Positions 1 through 8,913 of a stretch of DNA of 42,084 bases are shown piece by piece. The notes under the pieces were generated by a model, which was given only the letters and a program-made list of their open reading frames with translations, was not told the DNA's origin and did no database searches. Each line of letters opens with the position of its first letter. Position 1 is the first letter of the stretch. The DNA is from an uncultured Patescibacteria group bacterium. Lineage in GTDB: Bacteria > Patescibacteriota > Microgenomatia > UBA10105 > UBA927. The translations under genes were made by a program, and so were the position numbers. The stretch lies in contig CAKZSU010000006.1 of NCBI GenBank assembly GCA_937921305.1, forward strand, positions 136,646-178,729, in the 5' to 3' direction.

Positions 1-820
1 TGATTCTCGCCAATGCCCCAGTCATGCACACACCATCGTCGAATATATATCCAGACGCATGAGAATAGGGAATCTCAACGTGCCGAATCGCGTTTACATA
101 CTCCATCAGCGAATATGTTCTTCCCTCGCTTGTAAGAATATCACCATCTAAAAATGAATACTCATCATCAATTTTAGCTACATAGTTGGACACCCGATGA
201 AGCGAAAAAGGGGATTCCGCAAGTCGTTGAATAAGCCGCATGACAGCTGGACGAATAGACTCCAACGACGCGATCATATCGGGAAAGCGATTTTGATCGG
301 GAAGTTTGCTAAACCCGCCAATCACAGGATACGGCGCGTGAACGCTTTTTCCTCCTATATGCGCACTAAGCATGTTTCCAACCGCTTTTACTTGAAATGT
401 GTCTTCGAGCAGTTGACGCTGATCGGGAATGCTCTCATCAAGCTCCAAGATATTATCAATCCCTAATATATCCGGAAGCGCAAAGACATAACAATGCAAC
501 GCATGATCTCGAATCATTAATCCATAATTGATAAGTTTCCGAAGAAGCAGCGTTTGTTCTGAAGTGATCATCCCAAGAGCGTTTTCAACGGCTTGAACGG
601 CGCAAAGAATATGGGCGTTGGAGCATGTGCCACATATTCTGCAACAAAGTTGCGGAAGCGCCATGATATCTTTTCCTCTAAGCGCTTGCGTATAAAATCG
701 TTTATATTCCGTAATCGCAAATCGAACATCTTCCACTACGCTATCTTTTACTTTCACCGTTAGACGAGCTTTCCCCTCTATTTTTGCGAATTCCTGAATT
801 GTCAAATCGAATGTTGACAT
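1..820 (-). CDS. NiFe hydrogenase large subunit (group 3-like), 3' part outside window
   Basis: Not in the ORF track because it has no stop in the window. Read by hand from ATG at 820: MSTFDLTIQEFAKIEGKARL...PQLCCRICGTCSNAH (L1 RxCGxC Ni-binding motif)...MIRDHALHCYVFALPD...GGKSVHAP...MTGALARI. In frame to the window edge. Confidence 0.9.
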   Translation of the reverse strand, partial: MSTFDLTIQEFAKIEGKARLTVKVKDSVVEDVRFAITEYKRFYTQALRGKDIMALPQLCCRICGTCSNAHILCAVQAVENALGMITSEQTLLLRKLINYGLMIRDHALHCYVFALPDILGIDNILELDESIPDQRQLLEDTFQVKAVGNMLSAHIGGKSVHAPYPVIGGFSKLPDQNRFPDMIASLESIRPAVMRLIQRLAESPFSLHRVSNYVAKIDDEYSFLDGDILTSEGRTYSLMEYVNAIRHVEIPYSHASGYIFDDGVCMTGALARI

Positions 821-824
821 AGCC

Positions 825-1304
825 TTAAGCGATAACGCCAAATTCTTTGAGATATTTGTTAAGTATGGTCAAAAAACCTTGCTCATTCATTGGACAGCCG
901 GAAACATAGTCATCAACGGTCACGATATCAGCAAGTTTTTGCACCCTTTCCGCGTACGCAAAGCGAACAAGTAAAAATGCTATTTCATCTTGTTTTGCTG
1001 GATCAAAATCATTTCTCTGACCGGAAGGAAATCCGGAACACGCACAATTGCCGATCGCGACAAGTTTTTTGCTAACCGATCGAATCTGCTTGAGTTTTTT
1101 TTCTTGCTCTTTGCTTGTTATCGCGCCTTCAACAAACGCCACATCAAACGAATGCAACGATTCTTTTCTTTGCATCACAAGAATCGACCGAAAATCAATG
1201 ATCTGTTTCCATTCTTTGTAATGATCATTTAGAAGCTCTGTAAAGATAATCGTCGAATCTTCGCAGCAAGAAAATGAAAACCAACCGATGGAAAGTTTCT
1301 TCAT
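825..1304 (-). CDS. NiFe hydrogenase small subunit / NuoB-like Fe-S protein (short form)
   Basis: Likely start MKKLSIGWFSFSCCEDS at ATG 1304, because the ORF-track extension runs into the tRNA. Motifs FVEGAI, AIGNCACSG and YVSGCP. Lies immediately upstream of the large subunit. Confidence 0.85.
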   Translation of the reverse strand: MKKLSIGWFSFSCCEDSTIIFTELLNDHYKEWKQIIDFRSILVMQRKESLHSFDVAFVEGAITSKEQEKKLKQIRSVSKKLVAIGNCACSGFPSGQRNDFDPAKQDEIAFLLVRFAYAERVQKLADIVTVDDYVSGCPMNEQGFLTILNKYLKEFGVIA

Positions 1305-1305
1305 G

Positions 1306-1376
1306 CTGCGGGACAGGGATTCGAACCCCAATTACCTGATCCAGAGTCAGGCGTCCTACCGTTGAACGATCCCGCA
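1306..1376 (-). tRNA. tRNA-Gln (anticodon CTG), CCA not encoded
   Basis: Reverse complement TGCGGGATCGTTCAACGGTAGGACGCCTGACTCTGGATCAGGTAATTGGGGTTCGAATCCCTGTCCCGCAG. Acceptor TGCGGGA/TCCCGCA, anticodon arm CCTGA-CTCTGGA-TCAGG, T-loop GTTCGAATC. Confidence 0.95.
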
Positions 1377-1380
1377 AAGA

Positions 1381-2220
1381 TTATTCTGGCAAGGAAATTA
1401 TACCATTGTCTCGACACTCAATTAACCCCTCCGAAATGAGATCATCAACAATACTCCGATGGAACACTTCATTTTTTCCATATTTCACCATCATTTCACG
1501 AATCAATCCTGTTTCGCTCCACGATCGATAGCGAAGATATTCGATTACCCTTCCTCGAAAGAACCGCCGAGATTCTCTAAATGGAATAGCACTCGTTTTT
1601 ACCGATTTTTCTCTTTTCTTTGCCTTTTCCTTTGCCGACACAATCGCGCCATAATCCATAAGGGCTTGATGCCATTCCCACGCTTTTCCTTTCGGAAGCA
1701 ATTGATCAGCGACAGATTGAATTACCGATTCTTTTTGAGAAACACCATGAAAGAAGAATTGTTCAATAATTTGACGAATATTTGTATCCACAAACGCTAG
1801 ATCTTGTTCAAAAGCGAAAACAAGTATTGCTCGAGTAGTGTATATACCCAATCCTGGGAACCGACGAAGTATTTGTTCTTCTCTTGGAAAGATTCCATTG
1901 TATTCTTGAACAATAATTTCCGTCGTTTTTTTTAAATACAACGCTCGCCGATTATATCCCATCCCTCGCCATACGCGAAGCACATCCCCAGCAGACGCGT
2001 TCGCCAATGCGAAAACTGTAGGAAAACAACACAAAAATTCCTCATATTTCGGCAATACCCGAGAGACTTGAGTTTGCTGAAGCATCATCTCAGAAACAAG
2101 AATTTTATATGGATCACGCGTGTTTCTCCATGGAAGATCTCGCTTATGCGTCTCCCACCACGAAAAAATATGTGTTTGAAATGAAACAATTTCTTCTTTT
2201 GAGAATACTATTTCCTTCAT
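1381..2220 (-). CDS. mutY: A/G-specific adenine glycosylase (MutY-like, HhH-GPD family)
   Basis: RDLPWR, PYKILVSEMMLQQTQVSRV, WRGMGYNRRA, HhH FPGLGIYT, VDTNIR, QALMDYG. Confidence 0.88.
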   Translation of the reverse strand: MKEIVFSKEEIVSFQTHIFSWWETHKRDLPWRNTRDPYKILVSEMMLQQTQVSRVLPKYEEFLCCFPTVFALANASAGDVLRVWRGMGYNRRALYLKKTTEIIVQEYNGIFPREEQILRRFPGLGIYTTRAILVFAFEQDLAFVDTNIRQIIEQFFFHGVSQKESVIQSVADQLLPKGKAWEWHQALMDYGAIVSAKEKAKKREKSVKTSAIPFRESRRFFRGRVIEYLRYRSWSETGLIREMMVKYGKNEVFHRSIVDDLISEGLIECRDNGIISLPE

Positions 2221-2240
2221 TTGTAGTACAATACACTATC

Positions 2241-3101
2241 ATGAAATCAGGCGTTGTTGCAATCATCGGACGTCCAAACACAGGAAAATCCACGCTCATC
2301 AATGCTATTCTCGGTCAAAAAGTTTCGATTACTTCTCCAAAGCCTCAAACAACTAGATTCTCCATTCAAGCAATTTACACGGAAGAACGGGGAGAGGTCA
2401 TATTTATCGACACGCCGGGAATTTTTGGAAAAACATACGATCCGTTATCGAAAAAAATCAATCAACACGCTGAACAGATTGTTGAACAACACATAGATGT
2501 TTTGGTCTATATGATAGATCATACAAGAAAAAAAGACTTCGAAGAAAATAAAACGTTAGGGATTGCAAGAAAATTTACCGGACCAAAAATTCTTGTCATT
2601 AATAAAATCGATATTGACCATCCAAGTTACATTGTTCAATACAAATTCATGGAAGAAGAATTTGATACCGTTATACGAATTTCAGCGTTGAAAAAGAAAA
2701 ATATTCCGCTTCTTCTTGACGCGCTATTCGCAGAGCTTCCAGAGACATCAGAACATTTTGATATCCCCGAACAACCACATCCCGCATTTAATTTCACAAG
2801 CAAAACATTTATCGCGGAGCTTATCCGAGAAAAAGCGTTTCTGAAGCTTCGCAAAGAAGTGCCATACAAAATCATAACCATTGTGGATTTCATTGAAGAA
2901 CGAGAAAGCGGATCGCTTCATATCAAAGGCAGAATCATCACCAACGATGAACGATACAAATCAATGATCATCGGAAAAAACGGCGCGATGATTAAAGCGA
3001 TTAGCACAGCGACTCGAAAAGAACTAGAAGTGGCGACAAATAAACACGTGTATATCGAACTTCAAGTTGAAAACGACCCGCACTGGATGGACTACTTGTA
3101 A
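2241..3101 (+). CDS. era: GTPase Era
   Basis: Start MKSGVVAIIGRPNTGKSTL at ATG 2241. PKPQTTR, DTPG, NKID and a KH domain (IIGKNGAMIK). Confidence 0.95.
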   Translation: MKSGVVAIIGRPNTGKSTLINAILGQKVSITSPKPQTTRFSIQAIYTEERGEVIFIDTPGIFGKTYDPLSKKINQHAEQIVEQHIDVLVYMIDHTRKKDFEENKTLGIARKFTGPKILVINKIDIDHPSYIVQYKFMEEEFDTVIRISALKKKNIPLLLDALFAELPETSEHFDIPEQPHPAFNFTSKTFIAELIREKAFLKLRKEVPYKIITIVDFIEERESGSLHIKGRIITNDERYKSMIIGKNGAMIKAISTATRKELEVATNKHVYIELQVENDPHWMDYL

Positions 3102-3102
3102 C

Positions 3103-4161
3103 TTATTCTATCCATTCCGGAGCAATAGCGGGAACATACGCTCGAAACTCAAAATCTCCCTCAAACACATACACCGGCTGAAGATATGTTTGCGGATCAA
3201 ACGAATCGTAATACGCAAGATATACATTCCGCACCACCGCTTCTTTCGCTCCATTCACAGGATATTTCGCGATATACCCTTGACCATTTTGAAGCTCTTG
3301 CCACGCTTGCCCCACAGGACGAAGAGAATATGTCGCAAACGTATCATAGTCAATAGGCCAGTAGGTATAAATCAATTCAAGAATACGTCGCGAAGAATCT
3401 CCAGACGGAGAAAAAAGCACCCGTATTTGTCCCTCATCTGAACTTTGCGTCACAACTGGAATCTTATTTACTGGACCTCGGAAGAAATCAACTCGCATCG
3501 CATCCGTATCTGCGATAGTTCTTATCGGAACAAGCGTATTTCCCACAAGCTTCAATAAAGTTACTTTCTGTTCTCCTGCCACGAAATCATCTTGATAGAT
3601 TCCAAGATTTTGAATAACTTTTACAGCTTCTTCTTTAATCGCATTTGGATTATCTAATTTACCCTCGGTAAAAACGCTAATGTCTTGCTCATACGCATAC
3701 CGAACAATGAAATTTCTCGAAACAATATCATATCGAATTGTTCTTAACACTATTTGCGGATCTCGAAAACGATATACTGTTCGACTTTCCTGAAATGGCG
3801 TGGGATCAAATTTTAATTTTTTCACAAAATCTTGCGCTTGCGTTATACCTAAAAGATTTGGCGTTCTCTTCGGCATAAAATATACCCTTGCAACATTTGG
3901 CATCGATGGGAATCCCCCACTGACTGTCTCAAGCGTCAACGAGATAGTCTCTTGGGAAGATTCAAGTGAAGCATTAAATATAATCGCCGGCAATTTCCCA
4001 AATGCGTGAGTCGGCGGAGGAGGCTTTGGAGGGAAAAGAATTATCCATACATTCAAAAATACAGCCCACAATATTCTTAAAAGAATATAAACGATAATCG
4101 CTATAATCCCCCAATTGATTGCTCTTCGGGTGTAATAAGCTGTTTCAGTGAGAGAAGCCAT
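3103..4161 (-). CDS. Membrane-anchored hypothetical protein (N-terminal TM; C-terminus loosely YycI/YycH-like)
   Basis: 352-aa ORF filling the gap. Hydrophobic segment near the N-terminus, Pro-rich linker, C-terminal YLAYY...QPVYVFEG. The family guess is weak. Confidence 0.7.
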   Translation of the reverse strand: MASLTETAYYTRRAINWGIIAIIVYILLRILWAVFLNVWIILFPPKPPPPTHAFGKLPAIIFNASLESSQETISLTLETVSGGFPSMPNVARVYFMPKRTPNLLGITQAQDFVKKLKFDPTPFQESRTVYRFRDPQIVLRTIRYDIVSRNFIVRYAYEQDISVFTEGKLDNPNAIKEEAVKVIQNLGIYQDDFVAGEQKVTLLKLVGNTLVPIRTIADTDAMRVDFFRGPVNKIPVVTQSSDEGQIRVLFSPSGDSSRRILELIYTYWPIDYDTFATYSLRPVGQAWQELQNGQGYIAKYPVNGAKEAVVRNVYLAYYDSFDPQTYLQPVYVFEGDFEFRAYVPAIAPEWIE

Positions 4162-4250
4162 ATGTGTATTATAAACGAGATTTAATAAGATGAAGAATAG
4201 AAGAATATAATATTTTGATCGTAAGAAATAACCATGATAGAATCATTACC

Positions 4251-5645
4251 ATGACTGTTCGAACACGAATCGCTCCTTCACCTACAGGAAATGACCTCCA
4301 CATAGGAAACGCCTATACCGCGCTCATCAATTATGTGTTTGCAAAAAAATATCACGGATCGTTTATCGTGAGGATAGAAGACACAGACAGAACTCGATTT
4401 GTAGAAGGATCCGAACAACGAATTTTTGAGTCTCTCGGGTGGCTTAGGATTGAACATGCTGAAGGACCAGACAAAGGCGGTCCATACGCTCCATATAGAC
4501 AGTCAGAACGATTATCTCTCTATAAACGATACGCAGAAGATCTTGTTGAAAAAGGATTCGCGTATTATTGTTTTTGCACTCCGCAGCGACTAGAAGAAAT
4601 GAGAAAAGAACAAGAAGCTCGTCATCAACCACCGATGTATGACGGTAGGTGCAAACGTCTGACTCTTGAAGAAGCAAAACAACGCATACAAACAGGAGCT
4701 TCATATGTTATCCGATTGAATGTTCCGGACGAAGGAACAACAACAGTTCATGATGAGATTCGAGGAAATATTACATTCGAAAACAAACGCATCGATGATC
4801 AAGTATTGCTTAAATCAGACGGATACCCAACATATCATTTAGGCGTTGTGATCGATGATCATCTCATGAATATTACCCATGTGATACGAGGAGAAGAGTG
4901 GATTTCATCGACGCCAAAGCATATTCTTTTGTATCAATATTTTGGATGGACTTCCCCAGTATATGCGCACCTTCCCGTGTTGCGAAACCCTGATAAAAGC
5001 AAATTAAGCAAACGAAAAAATCCAGTATGGGTGTCACTGTATCGAGCGGAAGGATTTCTCCCCGAAGCGATGAAAAACTATCTCGCGCTCATGGCATGGG
5101 CGTATCCTGATGGAAGAGACATCTTTTCTCTTGAAGAGATGATAGAGGCATTCGATCTTTCACGGATTCAAACAACAGCGCCTATTTTTGACAGAGAAAA
5201 ATTATTGTGGATGAATGGACAGTATATTAAACGAATGGACAGCAATGAATTGGCAAAACGAATTTATGATTTTTTTCATGGATACTATCCGTACAATCAA
5301 ATACTCATCATTCTTCCATTGGTGAAAGAACGCATACGGACACTGAAAGAATTTGAGAATATCGCGCAATTCTTTTTTGAAGAACCGAAATGGCTTGAAT
5401 ATACCCTAACAAGCGATGATATCAAACCGCTTATTGACGCACTGGAAGACGCTCAGTGGACACATAAGGAGATAGAACGTCGTATTCGAAGAAAAGCGGA
5501 AGAATTAGGAAAAAAAGCAAAAGATATTTTTATGAATCTTCGCGTCGCAATCACAGGAAAAACCGTTGGGCCGCCGTTATTAGAATCATTAGAACTTCTT
5601 GGAAAAGAAGAAACATTGCGACGACTAACATCGATCATCAAATAA
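4251..5645 (+). CDS. gltX: Glutamate--tRNA ligase
   Basis: RTRIAPSPTG, HIGN, RIEDTD, PYRQSER, HVIRGEEW, KLSKR. ATG at 4251. Confidence 0.96.
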   Translation: MTVRTRIAPSPTGNDLHIGNAYTALINYVFAKKYHGSFIVRIEDTDRTRFVEGSEQRIFESLGWLRIEHAEGPDKGGPYAPYRQSERLSLYKRYAEDLVEKGFAYYCFCTPQRLEEMRKEQEARHQPPMYDGRCKRLTLEEAKQRIQTGASYVIRLNVPDEGTTTVHDEIRGNITFENKRIDDQVLLKSDGYPTYHLGVVIDDHLMNITHVIRGEEWISSTPKHILLYQYFGWTSPVYAHLPVLRNPDKSKLSKRKNPVWVSLYRAEGFLPEAMKNYLALMAWAYPDGRDIFSLEEMIEAFDLSRIQTTAPIFDREKLLWMNGQYIKRMDSNELAKRIYDFFHGYYPYNQILIILPLVKERIRTLKEFENIAQFFFEEPKWLEYTLTSDDIKPLIDALEDAQWTHKEIERRIRRKAEELGKKAKDIFMNLRVAITGKTVGPPLLESLELLGKEETLRRLTSIIK

Positions 5646-5664
5646 TAAAAAATCCAACATTTGA

Positions 5665-6633
5665 TTAGATGCCATACGATACCCACTGAAAGTTTTTGAA
5701 TACCCAGTCAATAAGGGCTGTTGTGTCGGCAAACCGATCTTGACTTCGCATTACTACAATAATCACTCGTCTTCCATCTCGTTCGACAAGCGTTACAAGA
5801 TTCTGTCCCGCTTCTTGCGTAAATCCTGTTTTTATTCCAGAAACTCCCGGCACTTTTCCTAATAATTGATTTGTTGTTTTTAATTTATGAAAAACTGTGT
5901 AATCAACATCTGACACTGTAATCTCTGGAATACTTACCATTTTTTTTATCAATGGATAGGTCAACGCCACCCTTGCAAGACGAGCAAGATCCTTTGCCGA
6001 CATCCTATGAGTTGACTCGTCCCACCCCACAACATTCGTAAACAATGAATGCTCAAGATAGATCGATCTCGCTTTCTCATTCATAACGCGAACAAACCCG
6101 TGATATCCTTCGGGATGATGAAACGCGAGTTGTTCCGCCGCGTCATTCCCTGATTGAATCAGAATTCCATATAAAAGATTTTCGACGGTAATTCGTTCGT
6201 TCAAAATTAATCTCATGAGCTGACCTCCCGCTGTTGATGGTTTTACGCTAACAATGTCTGACGGATCATACACATCAAGAGCTACCATCGCGGTCATGAG
6301 CTTTGTGGTTGACGCGGGAGGAAGAGGAATCGTCTCGTTTTTGGCATATAAAGAAACACCGGAACCATCATCAACAATATATACCGCATGCGCGGTAATT
6401 TCGCTTGGCGGTGGCGTTTGCGCAATATTCACAGGATACGGCGCTGGCGTTGGAATTGGAAGATGTTCCAGAGAACCAAACGATATCGACGGAAACGCGG
6501 TAACCGACCCTTGTCGCTCTTTTTGAGGAGAAATAAGAATCAATAAAGCGATAATAAAAAGAAAAATAACATATTCTCTTCGCTCAATCCACCAATACCG
6601 CTTTGATCGGAATAACCGGGACATACCTACCAT
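5665..6633 (-). CDS. D-alanyl-D-alanine carboxypeptidase (peptidase S11)
   Basis: SxxK (PASTTKLMT), SGN and KTG motifs, with an N-terminal TM segment. Confidence 0.92.
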   Translation of the reverse strand: MVGMSRLFRSKRYWWIERREYVIFLFIIALLILISPQKERQGSVTAFPSISFGSLEHLPIPTPAPYPVNIAQTPPPSEITAHAVYIVDDGSGVSLYAKNETIPLPPASTTKLMTAMVALDVYDPSDIVSVKPSTAGGQLMRLILNERITVENLLYGILIQSGNDAAEQLAFHHPEGYHGFVRVMNEKARSIYLEHSLFTNVVGWDESTHRMSAKDLARLARVALTYPLIKKMVSIPEITVSDVDYTVFHKLKTTNQLLGKVPGVSGIKTGFTQEAGQNLVTLVERDGRRVIIVVMRSQDRFADTTALIDWVFKNFQWVSYGI

Positions 6634-6644
6634 TATGCCATGAT

Positions 6645-8480
6645 TTATCGAGAGAAGTCTCCTACTATAGGGCGAGCGACTCGTTCAAGATCGTGAGGAT
6701 TCATCGCTATGGTTTTATCATGACGCCCCGGATTAAAGTAAATTCGTTCATTGTCTTTTATATGATCATCCATATAAAGAGGAATTGAAAACATGTGACC
6801 AAATGGAGGCACCGCTCCAATTTCAACGCCTGTCACGCGTTTTACTTCGTCTGGAGTTGCCATACGAAGATCTCGAATACCATACAGCGACTTAAGTCGC
6901 CTTATATCTATTTTTTTATCTCCCGACACCACCACCATAATCGGTTTTCCATCCGCATACATAAGAATCGCTTTGGCTCCTGTGGAGACAGGAACGCCGC
7001 GAACCTTCGCGGCTTCTTCCGATGTTTTCACTGGTTCATGATCAGAAACTGTGAAAGAAACAGCATGCTTTTTTAATTCATCGACAATCTGTTCAAAGAT
7101 CGATGCTGTCTTTTTTACAATCGCAATCCCTAATTCATCCAATTGTTCTTGATCAACCTCGTTTGGCGCGTCCATGACGCTAGTCATTCCTCCGGATGTC
7201 TGAGGAAACGCGACAACCTCTCGAAGGTACGGCTCGCCAGTAATTGTCATAAGAAGCCTCTCGATTCCATGAGCAAGCCCGCCATGCGGCGGAACGCCAT
7301 AAGAAAACGCTTCAAGCATATGTCCAAACTGCTTATATATTCGACCTTTGTCATATCCCATAATCTCAAACACCGCTTGCAACACTTCTGGTTCATGACT
7401 TCGAATGCTTCCCCCGCCAACTTCGTACCCGTTGCACACAAGATCATACTGCGATGTCAAAATATCCCCAATTCGCTCTTTGTTAAGAAGCCACGATTTA
7501 TGTTCTTCCTTTGGCATGGAAAATGGATTGTGCGTAAATGTCCAACCGCCTTCATTTGTTTTTTCAAAAAATGGAAAATCAATTACCCACGCAAAGGCAA
7601 GAATATTCTGTTTCTTTTCCTCCTCTGTCCGAAGATCGAATTTATCCGCGCCAAATTTTTCTATCGCCTCTTGATAAGTAAATATAGGAAATGGCTTTTG
7701 TTTTATGGTGTATCCAAGCGATTCAATGACGTACGTTATCATATTCTCGTCCATTGCCATGACATCTTCTCGAGTTACAAAACTCATTTCCAAATCAATC
7801 TGCGTATGCTCAAACCCTCGATCAGCCCGCAAATCTTCATCTCGAAGACATCGAGCGATTTGAAAATACCGTTCAAACCCAGCAACCATAAGCAATTGTT
7901 TATATTGTTGCGGAGACTGGGGAAGCGCGTAAAATGTTCCGGGGTGAAGACGCGACGGGACAAGAAAATCTCTCGATCCTTCTGGCGTTGATTTTGTCAA
8001 CATTGGCGTTTCTATTTCAACAAAATCGTGACGGAATAAGTATTGTCGCACAGCGTCAACAAACCGAGATCGAAGTCGAATATTTCGTTGCAACCGCTCC
8101 CGTCGCAAATCAAGATAGCGATATTTTAATCGAACTTCTTCAGAAATATTATAACCATCCGTATGAATAGGAAGCGGTAATTCTTTTGCATGGGAAAGAA
8201 TCGTAAGAGTCTTTATTTCAACTTCGACCATTCCTGTGGAAAGATGTGGATTAATCATATGGTTGGGACGTTTTCGAACAATACCTTCTACAGAAATAAC
8301 ATCTTCCGGGGAAACTTTTGAAAAAGACCTGTCTCCAACCAATTGAACAATCCCTGATCTGTCGCGAAGGTCGATGAATACGACACCTCCATGTCTTCGC
8401 ACTGAATTCACCCATCCTTGAAGCAATACGGGCTTCTCTATACGGGCCATTGTCTGTTTAGACAGATTACGATTTTGCAT
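6645..8480 (-). CDS. aspS: Aspartate--tRNA ligase with C-terminal YbaK/ProX (YeaK-like) domain
   Basis: OB fold GWVNSVRRHGGVVFIDLRD, RLKYRYLDLRR, YALPQSPQQYKQLLM, RDEDLRADR, PPHGGLAHGIERL, then about 155 aa containing GAKAIL and GAVPPFG. Likely ATG at 8480. Confidence 0.93.
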   Translation of the reverse strand: MQNRNLSKQTMARIEKPVLLQGWVNSVRRHGGVVFIDLRDRSGIVQLVGDRSFSKVSPEDVISVEGIVRKRPNHMINPHLSTGMVEVEIKTLTILSHAKELPLPIHTDGYNISEEVRLKYRYLDLRRERLQRNIRLRSRFVDAVRQYLFRHDFVEIETPMLTKSTPEGSRDFLVPSRLHPGTFYALPQSPQQYKQLLMVAGFERYFQIARCLRDEDLRADRGFEHTQIDLEMSFVTREDVMAMDENMITYVIESLGYTIKQKPFPIFTYQEAIEKFGADKFDLRTEEEKKQNILAFAWVIDFPFFEKTNEGGWTFTHNPFSMPKEEHKSWLLNKERIGDILTSQYDLVCNGYEVGGGSIRSHEPEVLQAVFEIMGYDKGRIYKQFGHMLEAFSYGVPPHGGLAHGIERLLMTITGEPYLREVVAFPQTSGGMTSVMDAPNEVDQEQLDELGIAIVKKTASIFEQIVDELKKHAVSFTVSDHEPVKTSEEAAKVRGVPVSTGAKAILMYADGKPIMVVVSGDKKIDIRRLKSLYGIRDLRMATPDEVKRVTGVEIGAVPPFGHMFSIPLYMDDHIKDNERIYFNPGRHDKTIAMNPHDLERVARPIVGDFSR

Positions 8481-8518
8481 ACTCTGGATACGTAGAATTT
8501 TAAATAAAAATGTATATA

Positions 8519-8547
8519 TTGACAAGAATTATTTTTTTTCTTAAAAT
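8519..8547 (+). promoter_or_regulatory. Sigma70-like promoter of the orphan ORF
   Basis: TTGACA (8519-8524), 17-nt spacer, TAAAAT (8542-8547). Confidence 0.6.
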
Positions 8548-8600
8548 TTATCAGATTAATTTTTTATTCCTTGATACCTTAATAAATAATAAATCACAAT

Positions 8601-8867
8601 ATGAAAAAAGAACATCGAGAACATCTAGGAGGTAGAGTATCAGAAGAAAAAAGAAAACTATTAGCCAGATATGCCGAGGCTATTAAAACATATTTAATTG
8701 CACTTAATAAATTAGGTGTTGATCCAGAGAGTTTATGCAAATTAGCTGAGCTTCAATTTAAGATGTTACAAGAAAAAACACCAAGAAGAGATATAGAAGC
8801 TTTCTTGGAATCAGCAGCAGCAGCAGAAGAAGCAGCAGCAAAAGCAAAAAATAAGACTACTAGCTGA
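8601..8867 (+). CDS. Small orphan helical protein in an AT-rich patch
   Basis: 88-aa ATG-started ORF with its own promoter, on the opposite strand to both neighbours, with an Ala-rich C-terminus. Confidence 0.6.
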   Translation: MKKEHREHLGGRVSEEKRKLLARYAEAIKTYLIALNKLGVDPESLCKLAELQFKMLQEKTPRRDIEAFLESAAAAEEAAAKAKNKTTS

Positions 8868-8913
8868 ATTAAAAAATAAAATAAAAAAGCAATAAGAAAT
8901 TAAAAAACTGAAA

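Noticed and set aside
1305-1331. N-terminal extension MGFESLSRS of the hydrogenase small subunit in the ORF track
   Set aside because: It is the T-arm and acceptor stem of tRNA-Gln read as codons.
7143-7991. 282-aa plus-strand ORF
   Set aside because: It is an antisense shadow of aspS with no recognisable motifs. The other short ORFs nested in clear genes were rejected for the same reason.
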